A stretch of 64,000 nucleotides of DNA from Candidatus Bipolaricaulota bacterium (lineage in GTDB: Bacteria; Bipolaricaulota; Bipolaricaulia; UBA7950; UBA9294), in NCBI GenBank assembly GCA_040752575.1, contig JBFMGK010000043.1:23142-87141 (forward strand). Direction: 5' to 3'. Positions 10,376-20,541 of the stretch are shown in pieces; position 1 is the first letter of the stretch, and every line of letters starts with the position of its first letter. The notes under the pieces were generated by a model. That model was not told the origin of the DNA. It saw nothing but the letters and a program-made list of their open reading frames with translations, and searched no databases. The position numbers and the translations under genes are program-made.

Positions 10376-11137
10376 CTACGCCTCCTCCGAGTCGACCCTC
10401 CGGCCGACGGGCGCAACGTAGAGCGCAATCTCTTCCTCTCCGTCAACGCCAATGAAGCGGTCCAGCTCATCCTGGTCGTAAGCGACGATCGCACACGTCC
10501 CGGCGCCGATCGCCTCGCACGCGAGGTAGAGGTTCTGGCAGATGTGGCCGCAGCTCAGGAGGATGTCCTTCAGGAGGTCCGGTCCGTAGCGCCACTCTGT
10601 GCGATAGGGAATCGCCGTCCAGATGAAGCCGATGGCCGCGGAGTCTACGAATGCCTGACCGTAGCAGACCTTCCCCAGACTCGCCCGAGGGCGTCCGCCG
10701 GGCGCGTCTACGGTAACGAGCGCATGGTCGAGCGGAGCGTAGCGATACAAGCCGGGCGACAGCGTGTCGATCCGGCGAACCCAAAGATACGTCTCAAACG
10801 GGTGCCGGCATCCGCCGGAGGGCACGTTCCGCATGGCGTATGTCTTCTCGGGGTGGACCTTCCGAACGCCCTGCGTGGCCCAGAGGAGGAACGAGAGCTC
10901 TTCGAGGGTCAGGGCGTCGTCGGCAAAGGTGCGCCGGCTCTCGCGCCGCCGAATTGCCTCAGCGAGGGGAAGCGTCCCCAACGACACCTCCACAGGGGGG
11001 ATCAGCGGCACGAGACGCGCCCCCGGCTCGACGGGCTTGGCGAGAGGAGGCGCCGGCACGCCCTTCCGTTGATCGCTCGTGAAGGAACGGAGCGCTTTCG
11101 GCGACGGGTTCTTGAGATACTTCCGCAGATCGTCCAT
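10376..11137 (-). CDS. SagB/ThcOx-type nitroreductase-family dehydrogenase
   Basis: RRRESRRTF, LLWATQG, RNVPSGGCRHPFETY, GHICQNLYL. Confidence 0.9.
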   Translation of the reverse strand: MDDLRKYLKNPSPKALRSFTSDQRKGVPAPPLAKPVEPGARLVPLIPPVEVSLGTLPLAEAIRRRESRRTFADDALTLEELSFLLWATQGVRKVHPEKTYAMRNVPSGGCRHPFETYLWVRRIDTLSPGLYRYAPLDHALVTVDAPGGRPRASLGKVCYGQAFVDSAAIGFIWTAIPYRTEWRYGPDLLKDILLSCGHICQNLYLACEAIGAGTCAIVAYDQDELDRFIGVDGEEEIALYVAPVGRRVDSEEA

Positions 11138-11240
11138 CGATTCCTCCAATCGCTCGCCGCATAGGTCACGCTCGCGCCCCATTGCGTTCAACCCGCCGGA
11201 AAGGGCGACGTGGGGTTGGGTGCCATGGCCCAGCCGGCCG

Positions 11241-12599
11241 CTAGGGCTCCCACTCGACACGCCCGTCGACCATCGTCAAGACGACGTCGATCGACGTCAG
11301 GTCGTCGGCCGAGACCTGCAGCGGATCGGCCGATAGCACCACGAGGTCGGCAAGTTTGCCCGGCTCGAGGGTTCCCAGGTCCCTCTCCTGGTGGAGCATG
11401 TACGCCGCTTCGACGGTCATCATCCGCAGTCCCTGCCACGCTGTGAGCAGCTGCGCCTCGGGAAGCAGGGGGCAGGGCTCCCACGCGGGGTACGAAGCGC
11501 TGCGATTGTCGGGCACCAAGAGCGCTTGCAGCCGGAACAGCGGATCGATCGCCTCTTCTGCAGACCAGGGCCAGTCAGAGTCCGCCGCCACATGCACTCC
11601 TGTCGCCAGGAGGTCGGCCCAACGCCGGACAACGTGCTGCATCTCCGGCGCGAGGAGTCCGCGGTAGAACCCGGCGAAACACGGACTCATGGACTCTATC
11701 GCCGCGACGATCCCCAGTTCGGCGTAACGCGGCAGAAGGTCGTCGCGGAGAAAGAGGTTGTGCATCACCGTGTTTCGCAGCGTGTTCGGCCCCCCGTCGA
11801 GGGCGCCTTCGATCGCGTCCAGCGACAGCTCGATGCCGGCGTCTCCGATGGCGTGAATCGCGACGGGGAAACCGCGAGCGTTGGCCTGCCGGATGGCTGC
11901 GGTGAACGCCGCCTCGGTGAACAAGGGCCGGTTTCCACCGTAGTTCGCCTGCCCCTCCGGTGTCAGGTACGCGGCCAGCGCCGGGCTGAACGACACCCCG
12001 ATCCGGCGGTCGCCGCACACGGACGTCTCGGAGAAGAACTTGACGCCCCCTATGCGCAGGCGCGGAGCCAGCTCGACCAGCGGCTCGTACGCCGCATACC
12101 AGTCGCCGAGGACGTCTCCGCAGCTCGTGTTGTAGACGAGGTAGAGGCTGAATCGCACGCGCAGATCGCCGGCACGCGCCATGCGGAGGCAATCCTCGAC
12201 GAGGTCGCGCGTTGTGTACATGTTCGCCGCGCAGGTGATCCCATGCCGAAGTGCGAGAGCCTGAGCGTCGTAGAGCGACATCTGCAACTGCCACGCGTCG
12301 TTGAGGAGGTGTGTATGGGGATCGATGAAGCCGGGATAGACAGCTCGCCCCGCCAGATCGACGCGCCGCGTGTCCGGCCCGCTGAGCGCCAGCACCTCGG
12401 CGTCGCTCCCGACTCGGAGGATCCGGTTCCCCGAGACGGCGAGAGCCTCGTGGATGTCCTCGGGCGAGGTCATCGTGACCACGCGCCCGCCGACGAAGAC
12501 AACGTCGGCAAAATCCCCCATCGCCAGGAGCGGCGACGCCGCGCTGATCGCCAGGAGGAGGAACCCTCCGAGGCCCGTCAGAATGCGGTGCGTTTTCAT
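11241..12599 (-). CDS. Secreted amidohydrolase (Amidohydro_3/YtcJ-like)
   Basis: Signal peptide; PGFIDPHTH, IHAIGD, DSDWP, GTLEPGKLADLVVL. Confidence 0.9.
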   Translation of the reverse strand: MKTHRILTGLGGFLLLAISAASPLLAMGDFADVVFVGGRVVTMTSPEDIHEALAVSGNRILRVGSDAEVLALSGPDTRRVDLAGRAVYPGFIDPHTHLLNDAWQLQMSLYDAQALALRHGITCAANMYTTRDLVEDCLRMARAGDLRVRFSLYLVYNTSCGDVLGDWYAAYEPLVELAPRLRIGGVKFFSETSVCGDRRIGVSFSPALAAYLTPEGQANYGGNRPLFTEAAFTAAIRQANARGFPVAIHAIGDAGIELSLDAIEGALDGGPNTLRNTVMHNLFLRDDLLPRYAELGIVAAIESMSPCFAGFYRGLLAPEMQHVVRRWADLLATGVHVAADSDWPWSAEEAIDPLFRLQALLVPDNRSASYPAWEPCPLLPEAQLLTAWQGLRMMTVEAAYMLHQERDLGTLEPGKLADLVVLSADPLQVSADDLTSIDVVLTMVDGRVEWEP

Positions 12600-12786
12600 A
12601 GGGCCACAATCTAGCGCGCGGCAGACGACGTGCCAAGCCGTACGATCCGCCACGCGTCGATCGCCCCGACGCCCATCGGGAGGTCCGGACGGCCGCTGTT
12701 CGCGTCGCATCGTGTACACTCGCCGCACTTCACGGCGTCGCCCGCGCGGCGACAGCGCTGCTCTTCCGGCGGCACAAGGAGGACCG

Positions 12787-14277
12787 TTGAACACGCTGAC
12801 CGCTTACCGGAACCACCTGGGAGAGATGAGCAAGTACGCCTCGGCGTTGAGCCTGCTCAACTGGGATCAGCACACGAACATGCCCCCCAAGGGTGCGGAG
12901 GCACGCTCCGAGGTCCTCGGCATGCTGTCCAAGAAGCTGTTTGAGCTTCTCGTTTCAGAGGACCTTGCGGGATACCTGGCCTGCCTTCGCAAGGCCGACG
13001 GATTGAGCCAGGTCGAGCAGGCCAGCGTCTACCGCATTGGCAAGGAGCACCAGAGGAACCGAGCGATTCCGGCCGAGTTCGTGGAAGAGCGCAGCATCGC
13101 CCAATCCCAAGCGCAGGGCGCGTGGGTGGAAGCACGCAAGGCTTCGAAGTTCTCGGTCTTTGAGCCCCACTTGAAGAAGATGGTCGACTTCGCGCGTCGG
13201 GTCGCCGACTACTACGGCTACGACGAGCATCCATACGACGCGCTCCTCGAGGAGTTCGAGCCGGGGATGACGTGCAAGAAGCTTCAGGCGATCATCGACC
13301 CTCTGCGCGCCGAACTTGTGCCCTTCCTGCGCCAGTTGATGGAGCGGGGGAAACACCCAGAGGTGAACCTGCCCAAGGGGCCTTTTGATGCCGAGAGGCA
13401 GCGGCAGCTCTGTCGGCGCGCGCTCGAGGTGATCGGCTACGACTTCGCGGCCGGCGGCCTCGCCGACGTTGCGCATCCGTTCACGATCACCGTGGCGCCG
13501 GGCGACGTTCGGGTGACCAACCGCTATGACGAGAGTGACATCCTGCCCGCCCTGTTCGGAGCCCTGCACGAAGGCGGCCACGCCCTGTACAACCAGGGCA
13601 TGGGCGCGGAGCTCCATCTTCTGGGTCTTGGCCAGGGCTCTTCGAACGGCATCCACGAGTCGCAGTCGCGGATGATCGAGAACCAGGTTGGGCGAAGTCT
13701 GCCCTTCTGGTCATTCTTCCAACCCATTCTCTCCGAGCAGTTCCCCGCCTTCCGGAACGTGACCCCCCAAGACCTCTTCGCTGCGGCAAACGTGGTGGCT
13801 CCGTCGTTGATCCGCGTCAACGCCGACGAGGTGACGTACAACTTCCACATCATGCTTCGCTTCGAGATCGAGGCCGGCCTGCTCGACGGATCGATCGAAG
13901 TGGCCGAGCTGCCAAGGCTCTGGAACGAGGCCATGGATCGATACCTTGGTGTTGTTCCGCCCAACGACGCCCTTGGCGTCCTGCAGGACGTCCACTGGTC
14001 GCTCGGCGCGTTCGGCTACTTCCCATCCTACATGCTGGGGAATCTCTACGCCGCGCAGATTCACGCCGCCCTGCGCCGGGCACTCCCGACGCTCGACGCT
14101 TCGGTCGCGCGCGGCGAGATCGCCCCGCTCGTCGACTGGTTGCGCGAGCACGTCCACCGGCACGGGGCCGTCTACGAGCCTCAGGAACTCATCGGCAAGA
14201 TCACCGGCGAGGAACCGGATGCCTCGTACTTCGTGCGCTACGTGAAGGAAAAGTACGGCGCGCTGTACGGGCTGTAG
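12787..14277 (+). CDS. Carboxypeptidase, M32 (Taq) family
   Basis: HPF, HEGGH, HESQS, IRVNADE, GVLQDVHW, GYFPSYMLG; TTG start after AAGGAGG. Confidence 0.96.
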   Translation: MNTLTAYRNHLGEMSKYASALSLLNWDQHTNMPPKGAEARSEVLGMLSKKLFELLVSEDLAGYLACLRKADGLSQVEQASVYRIGKEHQRNRAIPAEFVEERSIAQSQAQGAWVEARKASKFSVFEPHLKKMVDFARRVADYYGYDEHPYDALLEEFEPGMTCKKLQAIIDPLRAELVPFLRQLMERGKHPEVNLPKGPFDAERQRQLCRRALEVIGYDFAAGGLADVAHPFTITVAPGDVRVTNRYDESDILPALFGALHEGGHALYNQGMGAELHLLGLGQGSSNGIHESQSRMIENQVGRSLPFWSFFQPILSEQFPAFRNVTPQDLFAAANVVAPSLIRVNADEVTYNFHIMLRFEIEAGLLDGSIEVAELPRLWNEAMDRYLGVVPPNDALGVLQDVHWSLGAFGYFPSYMLGNLYAAQIHAALRRALPTLDASVARGEIAPLVDWLREHVHRHGAVYEPQELIGKITGEEPDASYFVRYVKEKYGALYGL

Positions 14278-14347
14278 CGAGGCGGGAGACACGCAGCCAG
14301 GTCTCCTACGCTCTTCGTCGGTGATGCTCTCCGGCCGGGTCGCTTGG

Positions 14348-15610
14348 CTACGGCCCGACGGTCACGGCGAAACTCGCCTCGCCGACGTGTGTCCCGTTGA
14401 CCGTCGCGCGAACGAGCAACGTGGCCGCTTCCCCGCGTGCGCTGCTCGCAGGCGGCGTCACCGCCAACAGGACGTCAAGGGCGCGCGGGGAGCTCGGGTC
14501 AAGGATCGGCGAATCGTTGGACAGCGTCGCTCGCCAACCCGCAGGCACTCCGGAGATCGTGAGCTCGACGACGGTCGGCTCGTCGCAGCGGCCGTCCACC
14601 GAAAGGGCCCACGCCACGGTCTCGCCCGCTCCGCAGGTTGCCTCGACGCTCGCCTTGGCCTCGGGGCGTTCGAGAATCGTGAACGACGTCTGGTGCTCTT
14701 CGGAGAACCCCGCTGTCGAGACCCCCTGGCCCTCGCCGAGGTACGCTGTCACGTGCTGAGGCATCAGGAACGTCGTCGGCACCTCGCCATAAGCAGGCAT
14801 CCAGTCTGCAGACTCGAACTCGACCCACCCCCAAGACGGGAAGTAGACCGAGATCCAGGCATGTCCCGCGTGGGACTCCTCGCGATCGACGACGAATCCA
14901 TGGGCCGCGACGGCCGGGATGCCCGCCGAGCGCAGGAGGGCCAGGACAAGGTTTGCGTACGAGACGCAGTTCCCCTTGCCGAGTTCGAGCGTATAGACGG
15001 CGTCGACCCGATACACCGGTTCACATAGGTCGGCGCTGCACGCGTAGACCGTGCGCTCGCAGGCAACCGAGAGAAGACGCGCGACGGCCTCCAGTTCGGT
15101 CGCGCAGCCGGCGACGGCGGCGCGAGCCAGCGCGGAGATCGCCGCATCGTCCTTCTGGATGCTCTGCGTCGCCCTCAACGCTTCGCGCGGCAACGAAGAC
15201 GTTACCTTGCGATCGAGCGGATACGGATCGTTCGTGTGCATCGCTCCGTACGTCGCGTCGCTCACGAGGCGCGTTGTGCGTTCGAAGGTCGTCGAATCGA
15301 CGAGCTGATTCCAGAAGAACGTCGTCCAGCGGGTGCCCCAACCGTCGGTCTCGGTCCACTCGCTCGACGGCGCGAGCGTAGAACCGATCGTCTCACCCAG
15401 CACGTCCACCGCATACCACGGCTGGGTCGTCTCCCGCAGCTGCGGCACGGTCGCGGACACGCTCCAGTCCGGCTCAAGCATGACGCGGTACACGTAGTCG
15501 ATCTCCTGGCGGAACGTCCCTTCAAGAACGTACAACCAGGAAGACGAAGCTCCCATCGCCAGACAGCTGATCGCCATCACGATGAGGGACGCGAGGCCCT
15601 TTCGCCGCAT
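14348..15610 (-). CDS. Secreted transglutaminase-like domain protein
   Basis: Signal peptide; GNCVSYANL..ALLRSAGIPA, HAWISVY, GWVEFE. Confidence 0.85.
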   Translation of the reverse strand: MRRKGLASLIVMAISCLAMGASSSWLYVLEGTFRQEIDYVYRVMLEPDWSVSATVPQLRETTQPWYAVDVLGETIGSTLAPSSEWTETDGWGTRWTTFFWNQLVDSTTFERTTRLVSDATYGAMHTNDPYPLDRKVTSSLPREALRATQSIQKDDAAISALARAAVAGCATELEAVARLLSVACERTVYACSADLCEPVYRVDAVYTLELGKGNCVSYANLVLALLRSAGIPAVAAHGFVVDREESHAGHAWISVYFPSWGWVEFESADWMPAYGEVPTTFLMPQHVTAYLGEGQGVSTAGFSEEHQTSFTILERPEAKASVEATCGAGETVAWALSVDGRCDEPTVVELTISGVPAGWRATLSNDSPILDPSSPRALDVLLAVTPPASSARGEAATLLVRATVNGTHVGEASFAVTVGP

Positions 15611-15663
15611 GAGTCCTCCTCTAGCGCGCCGTCGATCCCGTTGGCCGACCGAATGCCGTCGAC

Positions 15664-16206
15664 CTACCACCGCTCGTGCCGCACGATCTCTTGGATCGCC
15701 CTCCGCGGGCGAGGCGCAGGACGCTGGTCGGAGTAGCCTACGGTGATGACGGCGACGACGTACTGCGTCGCGGGGATCCCCAACACGGCGCGGATCTCGT
15801 TCTGGGTGAACCACGCGACCCAACAGGTCGCGAGTCCTTCCGCTTCGGCCTGCAGGACGATGTGTTCGACCGCGATCGCCGTGTCGCGAATCACGAACTT
15901 GACGTCGGGAGCAGGACTCGCTTCCGATACATCGACCCCGTCAGTCTTCTCGAGCCTCCGACTCACGTCGGCAACGCACACGATGTGCACCGGGGCTTCG
16001 GTCATCCATTGCTGATCGTGGCAGACACGGGCGAGGGCCTCGCGCCTCTCGCGACCGCGAACAACGACGAAGCTCCACGGCTGCTTGTTCGATGCCGAAG
16101 GAGCCAGGCGGGCGCTCTCGAGAAGCTCAAGAATCTGCGCGTCGTCGACCTCGCGGGACAGGTAGCTGCGCACACTGCGTCGCTCGCGAATCGCTTCGAG
16201 AACCAT
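15664..16206 (-). CDS. Nitroreductase family protein
   Basis: RRSVRSY, APSASNKQPW, GLATCWV. Confidence 0.93.
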   Translation of the reverse strand: MVLEAIRERRSVRSYLSREVDDAQILELLESARLAPSASNKQPWSFVVVRGRERREALARVCHDQQWMTEAPVHIVCVADVSRRLEKTDGVDVSEASPAPDVKFVIRDTAIAVEHIVLQAEAEGLATCWVAWFTQNEIRAVLGIPATQYVVAVITVGYSDQRPAPRPRRAIQEIVRHERW

Positions 16207-16317
16207 GGCCCTCCTCTCGGACGCTGGACAATGCCAAGGTAGCCTAGGGGATTGCGTGCGGTCAAGGACCGCTCGGCTCGGCAGCCGCGCCTCGAAGGCA
16301 GGGTCCCGACATCGCGG

Positions 16318-18051
16318 TCAGCCGCCCGGCCCCTGACCGTCGCCGTCCGCGGCAGCCAGCTTCGCGCCTTGTCCCAGGTGACGATCGAGAAACGCAATCG
16401 CTGCCGATAAGGCGGTCTCGTAGAATCCCTCGCCCGTCGGACTCGGTCGCCACCCATGGCCCGCGCCGTCGAGTGCGAGCAGCTCAGCCTCGACGCCGGC
16501 GTGGACGAGTGCGTCCCGCAGAAAGACCGATTGCTCGAAGGGGACGCGAGCGTCTTGCGTGCCATGCGCGATGAGGAAGGGAGGATCGTCGTGGCTGACG
16601 TAGGTCAGCGGCGACGCAGCGCGGCAGACGTCGGGCCGTTCGGCACACGTGCCCCCGATGAAGGCGAGGATCGCCGGGTCTCTCAGTCCGCCGGCCCGCG
16701 CGAGGTCCGTCGGGCCGAAGTAGTCCACGACCGCCTGCACTCGGCTCGATAGCTCGAGGTCGCCGGTCTCACCCTCGAGACCCTCGGATCCATCGGTCAC
16801 GCCCAGCATGGCGACAAGGTGCCCGCCGGCCGAGCTGCCCATTGCCCCGATGCGTTGGGGATCGATGTCCAGCGCGACGGCGTTCGCACGCAGCCATCGC
16901 ACAGCCGCCTTGACATCCTCGACCGCCGCGGGGAACCGGCACGCCGGAGCCAAGCGGTAGTTCACGCAGATCGCGACGTAGCCGGCCGCAGCGAAGAGAG
17001 ATGCCTCACTTCCCCAGCCTGACTTGTCGCCCGAGGTCCATCCCCCGCCATGCACGAAGACCATGGCCGGATGGGGGCCTGCGTCATCGGGCCGATAGAG
17101 ATCCAGTTTGAGTTCGACGCCGTCCGCCACCCCATACGTCACGTCACGCTCGACGAGGACCGTGCGCGCCGCTTCGTACACGCACCCAGGCAGGGGAGGC
17201 GTGAGGGTTGCCGCGTCGATTCCAAAGCGCGCAAGCATCGTTGCCGCGATGTCTTTCTGATCGCCTTCCCCGCTCGGCGATCTGGCGAGCGGATCGCTTG
17301 CGGCGAGCCAGACCCAAGGGGCATCGGCGTGCGTCTTGGCGCCCTCGTCAAAACCATGGTCGGTCGTTACGTAGACGGCCGTTCGCTCTGTGAAGCCTAA
17401 CGCGTTGACCTCCGCCAGAAGGAGTGCAAGCCACTCGTCGCAAGCGACAAGTGCCTCGTCAACCTGGTACGAGTTCTCGCCGTGCGCGTGCCCGGCGACA
17501 TCGGGGTCGCGGAAGTGGAAGAAGGCGAAGAAACGACGTCCGCCGAAGTCGCGCAGCGCACGCAGGGCCTTCTTTCCTACGGCATCTGCATCCTGAAAGG
17601 CCATCGAGTATGTGTCCATGGCCCGGACTGCGTTCGCCAGAGGTTCGACAAGGTTCGCCATCTTCCCCGTGATGGCAGCGGTCGCGATCCCGTCCTCGCC
17701 GAAGTGATCCTTGACCCGCTCGAACAGCGTGAGCCCGGCGGGGATCGGTTGAAGGTCCTCGTTCGAGGCGATCCCGGTCACATCGGGGGCGAGGCCGGTG
17801 AGCATCTCGGCGTGGCCGGCCTTGGTGTCGGTCGCGTGATCGGTGATCCGTAGCGGGATCCACGCACCCTGCTCCACGAGGCCGGCCAGCGCAGGAAGCC
17901 GTCCCTGAGCCAAGAGGTCCAGCACGTGCGCGCGCTGCGCGCCGTCCCACGAGATGAGGATCACGCTGTCCACGGAAGCAGCCGATCCCGTCGCCGCCCA
18001 GAGAGCCAGCGAAACGAACGCCGCGACGACGCGCTTCGTCGGCTTCGGCAT
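16318..18051 (-). CDS. Secreted fusion of alkaline-phosphatase-superfamily domain and alpha/beta-hydrolase esterase
   Basis: N-domain ISWDG, TKAGH, DPDVAGH, TTDHG; C-domain HGGGW, GSSAGG, HGTQD, GAGH. Confidence 0.85.
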   Translation of the reverse strand: MPKPTKRVVAAFVSLALWAATGSAASVDSVILISWDGAQRAHVLDLLAQGRLPALAGLVEQGAWIPLRITDHATDTKAGHAEMLTGLAPDVTGIASNEDLQPIPAGLTLFERVKDHFGEDGIATAAITGKMANLVEPLANAVRAMDTYSMAFQDADAVGKKALRALRDFGGRRFFAFFHFRDPDVAGHAHGENSYQVDEALVACDEWLALLLAEVNALGFTERTAVYVTTDHGFDEGAKTHADAPWVWLAASDPLARSPSGEGDQKDIAATMLARFGIDAATLTPPLPGCVYEAARTVLVERDVTYGVADGVELKLDLYRPDDAGPHPAMVFVHGGGWTSGDKSGWGSEASLFAAAGYVAICVNYRLAPACRFPAAVEDVKAAVRWLRANAVALDIDPQRIGAMGSSAGGHLVAMLGVTDGSEGLEGETGDLELSSRVQAVVDYFGPTDLARAGGLRDPAILAFIGGTCAERPDVCRAASPLTYVSHDDPPFLIAHGTQDARVPFEQSVFLRDALVHAGVEAELLALDGAGHGWRPSPTGEGFYETALSAAIAFLDRHLGQGAKLAAADGDGQGPGG

Positions 18052-18219
18052 GGCTCCTCCTCTCGGTGAACGCCCCAGCGCCACGGCGGGCGCGCCTTCC
18101 GGGCAGTCTAGCCGTTCGGCGGTCGGCAGGCGAAACGCAGGAGAGGGAAGACCGATCCGCCCGCGCGGATGTCCGTGCGCCGCTGGAGGTCGACCCGAGC
18201 CTTCGCTAGAGTCTGACGC

Positions 18220-19152
18220 GTGAAGACCATCCACCGCGGATACTCGGAGGAACGAGGCGACTTCAGACGCCTTGAGCGCTTTGTCACGACGCATCGGGAC
18301 GCGCTGCGCACCCACTCGACGTGGTGCCTTGGGAGGCTCGTCGACTGGCGCTATCTTGTGTTCGACCACAAGGAGCCCATCGAGCGCTTCTGCGAAGAGA
18401 ACGCCGAGCTCTGGTTCGACGGGGCCGGCGAGCTGTCCGCTGTGGCCATCTCGGAAGATGGAGGCGGCGAGTTTGCCGTACTTCTCGCGGGCGACTCGCG
18501 CGACCTCTTCGCCGAAATCCTGGACTGGGCCTGCACAACATGGGGTGGGCGAGCGACGTCCCAGGCGATGGAGGTCACGGAGAACTAAGCCCCCGAGATC
18601 GCCGCTCTGGAACGCGCTGGATTCCTCCGCCAGACGTCTTTCACGACGCGACATTTCGACCTGGGAGACGACCTCCCGCCGCCTGCGCCGCTTCCTCGGG
18701 GCTACGAGATCGTGGACATGGCAACGCGTCCGGACTTCCGCGCCCAAAGAGTCCTTCGCTCCAACGCCTTTCGTGGCCCATCGCCTCTCACCGAAGCGGA
18801 GCTCGCCAGGGACTTGGAGCGCCTGGCCATCTACCATGCCGGCCCGACGTATCACGCGCCGACCGACCTCTGCGTGCGATCCCCGGACGGGCGGTTCGTG
18901 GCCGGGTGCGAAGCGCTCCTCGACATACGGAATCGCGAGGCCGACATCGAGCGCGTCTGTACGCACAGCGACTTTCGCCGGCGGGGCCTTGCACGCTCCG
19001 TTGTCGTCGAGTGCCTGCATCGCCTCCGCGTCATGGGCATCGAGCGGGCGGCGATCACGGGCTACGGCCCCGGGGCCGTCGCGCTGTACCGATCCCTCGG
19101 CGCAGCAGAGGAGATGACTTCCTACGTCTACTCACGCGCCCAGACGGCGTGA
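18220..19152 (+). pseudogene. GNAT acetyltransferase interrupted by an in-frame TAA
   Basis: ORFs 18220-18588 and 18712-19152 share a frame; single stop at 18586-18588; C-terminal VCTHSDFRRRGLA motif. Confidence 0.8.
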
Positions 19153-19195
19153 CACGAGGATGCCCGCGCGACGGCTTCGGTCGTAAACTGAGGCC

Positions 19196-20386
19196 ATGAA
19201 CGATGCACATGGGCTCGAACACGAGAAGCTGTCGCAAATCCCTTCGATTCTACGTGACTCCAACATCGATACCTGGCTGGTTTGGGTCCGCGAGACCGTG
19301 CAGATCAGGGACCCTGTGCTGCCGATTCTTCTGGGCGCAGACCTCGTGTGGCCGTCCGCCCTCCTGTTCACCGCGGCGGGCGAGCGGACCGCCATCGTCG
19401 GAACCTACGACGCGGAAGTCGTTCCGTCCGGGCTCTACGAGCGCGTGATCCCCTACACTGAGGGCATCGCCGCCCCGCTTCTCGCCGAACTCGATCGCAT
19501 CGCACCTCGGACGATCGCCATCAACGAGAGCAGGAGCGACGTGGCCGCGGACGGCCTGACGGCAGGAATGAAAGCGCTTCTCGAAGAGATGCTCGCTCCG
19601 ACGTCGCATGCCGGAAAGCTCGTCAGTGCCGAACGCGTGATCGGCCGGCTGCGCGGCCGCAAGAGCCCGCTCGAGCAAGAGAGGATCCGTAACGCGGTTC
19701 GGATCACCGAGGAGATCTTCGACGACCTCGACGGCGTGCTCGCGGTCGGGCAGACGGAGCGGGAGATCCAGCAGTACGTTCATCGGAGAGTGGCCGAGCG
19801 CGACGTCGGATTCGCCTGGCAGGCCGCGTCCAATCCGGCCGTCGATGCTGGCCCGAACAAGGCGTTTGGACACGGCGGCCCGTCGGAGAATCGTACGAAG
19901 CGCGGCCACCTCCTTCACTTCGACTTCGGGGTGCAGGCAGATGGCTACAGCTCGGACCTTCAGCGGATGTACTTCTTTGGACAGCCATCCGAAGTGCCCG
20001 CCGAGATCGAGCGGGCGTTCTCGACCGTGCGCGACGCGATCCGCCTGGCGGCCGACGCATTGCGCCCTGGCATCCGCGGAGTGGATGTGGATGCCGTTGC
20101 GCGAAGGCATGTCACGGAGCGGGGGTACCCCCCGTTTGCCCACGCGCTCGGGCATCAGGTTGGGCGGTGGGCCCACGATGGCGGAACGCTCCTCGGCCCG
20201 GCGTGGGAACGCTACGGCGACTCCCCGTACGGCGTCGTGGAGGCGGGGAACGTCTTCACGCTCGAGCTTCACGTGCCCACGAAGAGCTACGGACAGGTGA
20301 GTCTCGAGGAGGATGTCCTCGTGACCGAGACCGGGTGCGAGTTCTTGAGCCACCCGCAAGACACGCTGCGCTGCGTCGCGGGGTAG
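19196..20386 (+). CDS. Xaa-Pro aminopeptidase, M24 family
   Basis: DFGV..DGYSSD, HALGHQVG..AHD, FTLE, LEEDVLVT. Confidence 0.93.
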   Translation: MNDAHGLEHEKLSQIPSILRDSNIDTWLVWVRETVQIRDPVLPILLGADLVWPSALLFTAAGERTAIVGTYDAEVVPSGLYERVIPYTEGIAAPLLAELDRIAPRTIAINESRSDVAADGLTAGMKALLEEMLAPTSHAGKLVSAERVIGRLRGRKSPLEQERIRNAVRITEEIFDDLDGVLAVGQTEREIQQYVHRRVAERDVGFAWQAASNPAVDAGPNKAFGHGGPSENRTKRGHLLHFDFGVQADGYSSDLQRMYFFGQPSEVPAEIERAFSTVRDAIRLAADALRPGIRGVDVDAVARRHVTERGYPPFAHALGHQVGRWAHDGGTLLGPAWERYGDSPYGVVEAGNVFTLELHVPTKSYGQVSLEEDVLVTETGCEFLSHPQDTLRCVAG

Positions 20387-20541
20387 GGCATACGCTCCGT
20401 CGTCGGCCGGCACTTCGGGGACGATTCGACGGCAATCTACGCGGCACTCGCGGTCGGTCTTCGCATTGCGCGCGGACTCGGTGTATGCTGGCGGCCACCT
20501 TGGCCGTGACCCGAGGGGGGACACGGCGATCGAGACACCCC

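Noticed and set aside
10376..11137. RiPP cluster around the SagB-type enzyme
   Set aside because: No YcaO, precursor peptide or transporter nearby; stand-alone SagB-like genes are common.
18052..19020. N-terminal third of the 900-aa ORF
   Set aside because: Antisense to the GNAT pseudogene; the real start with RBS and signal peptide is at 18051.
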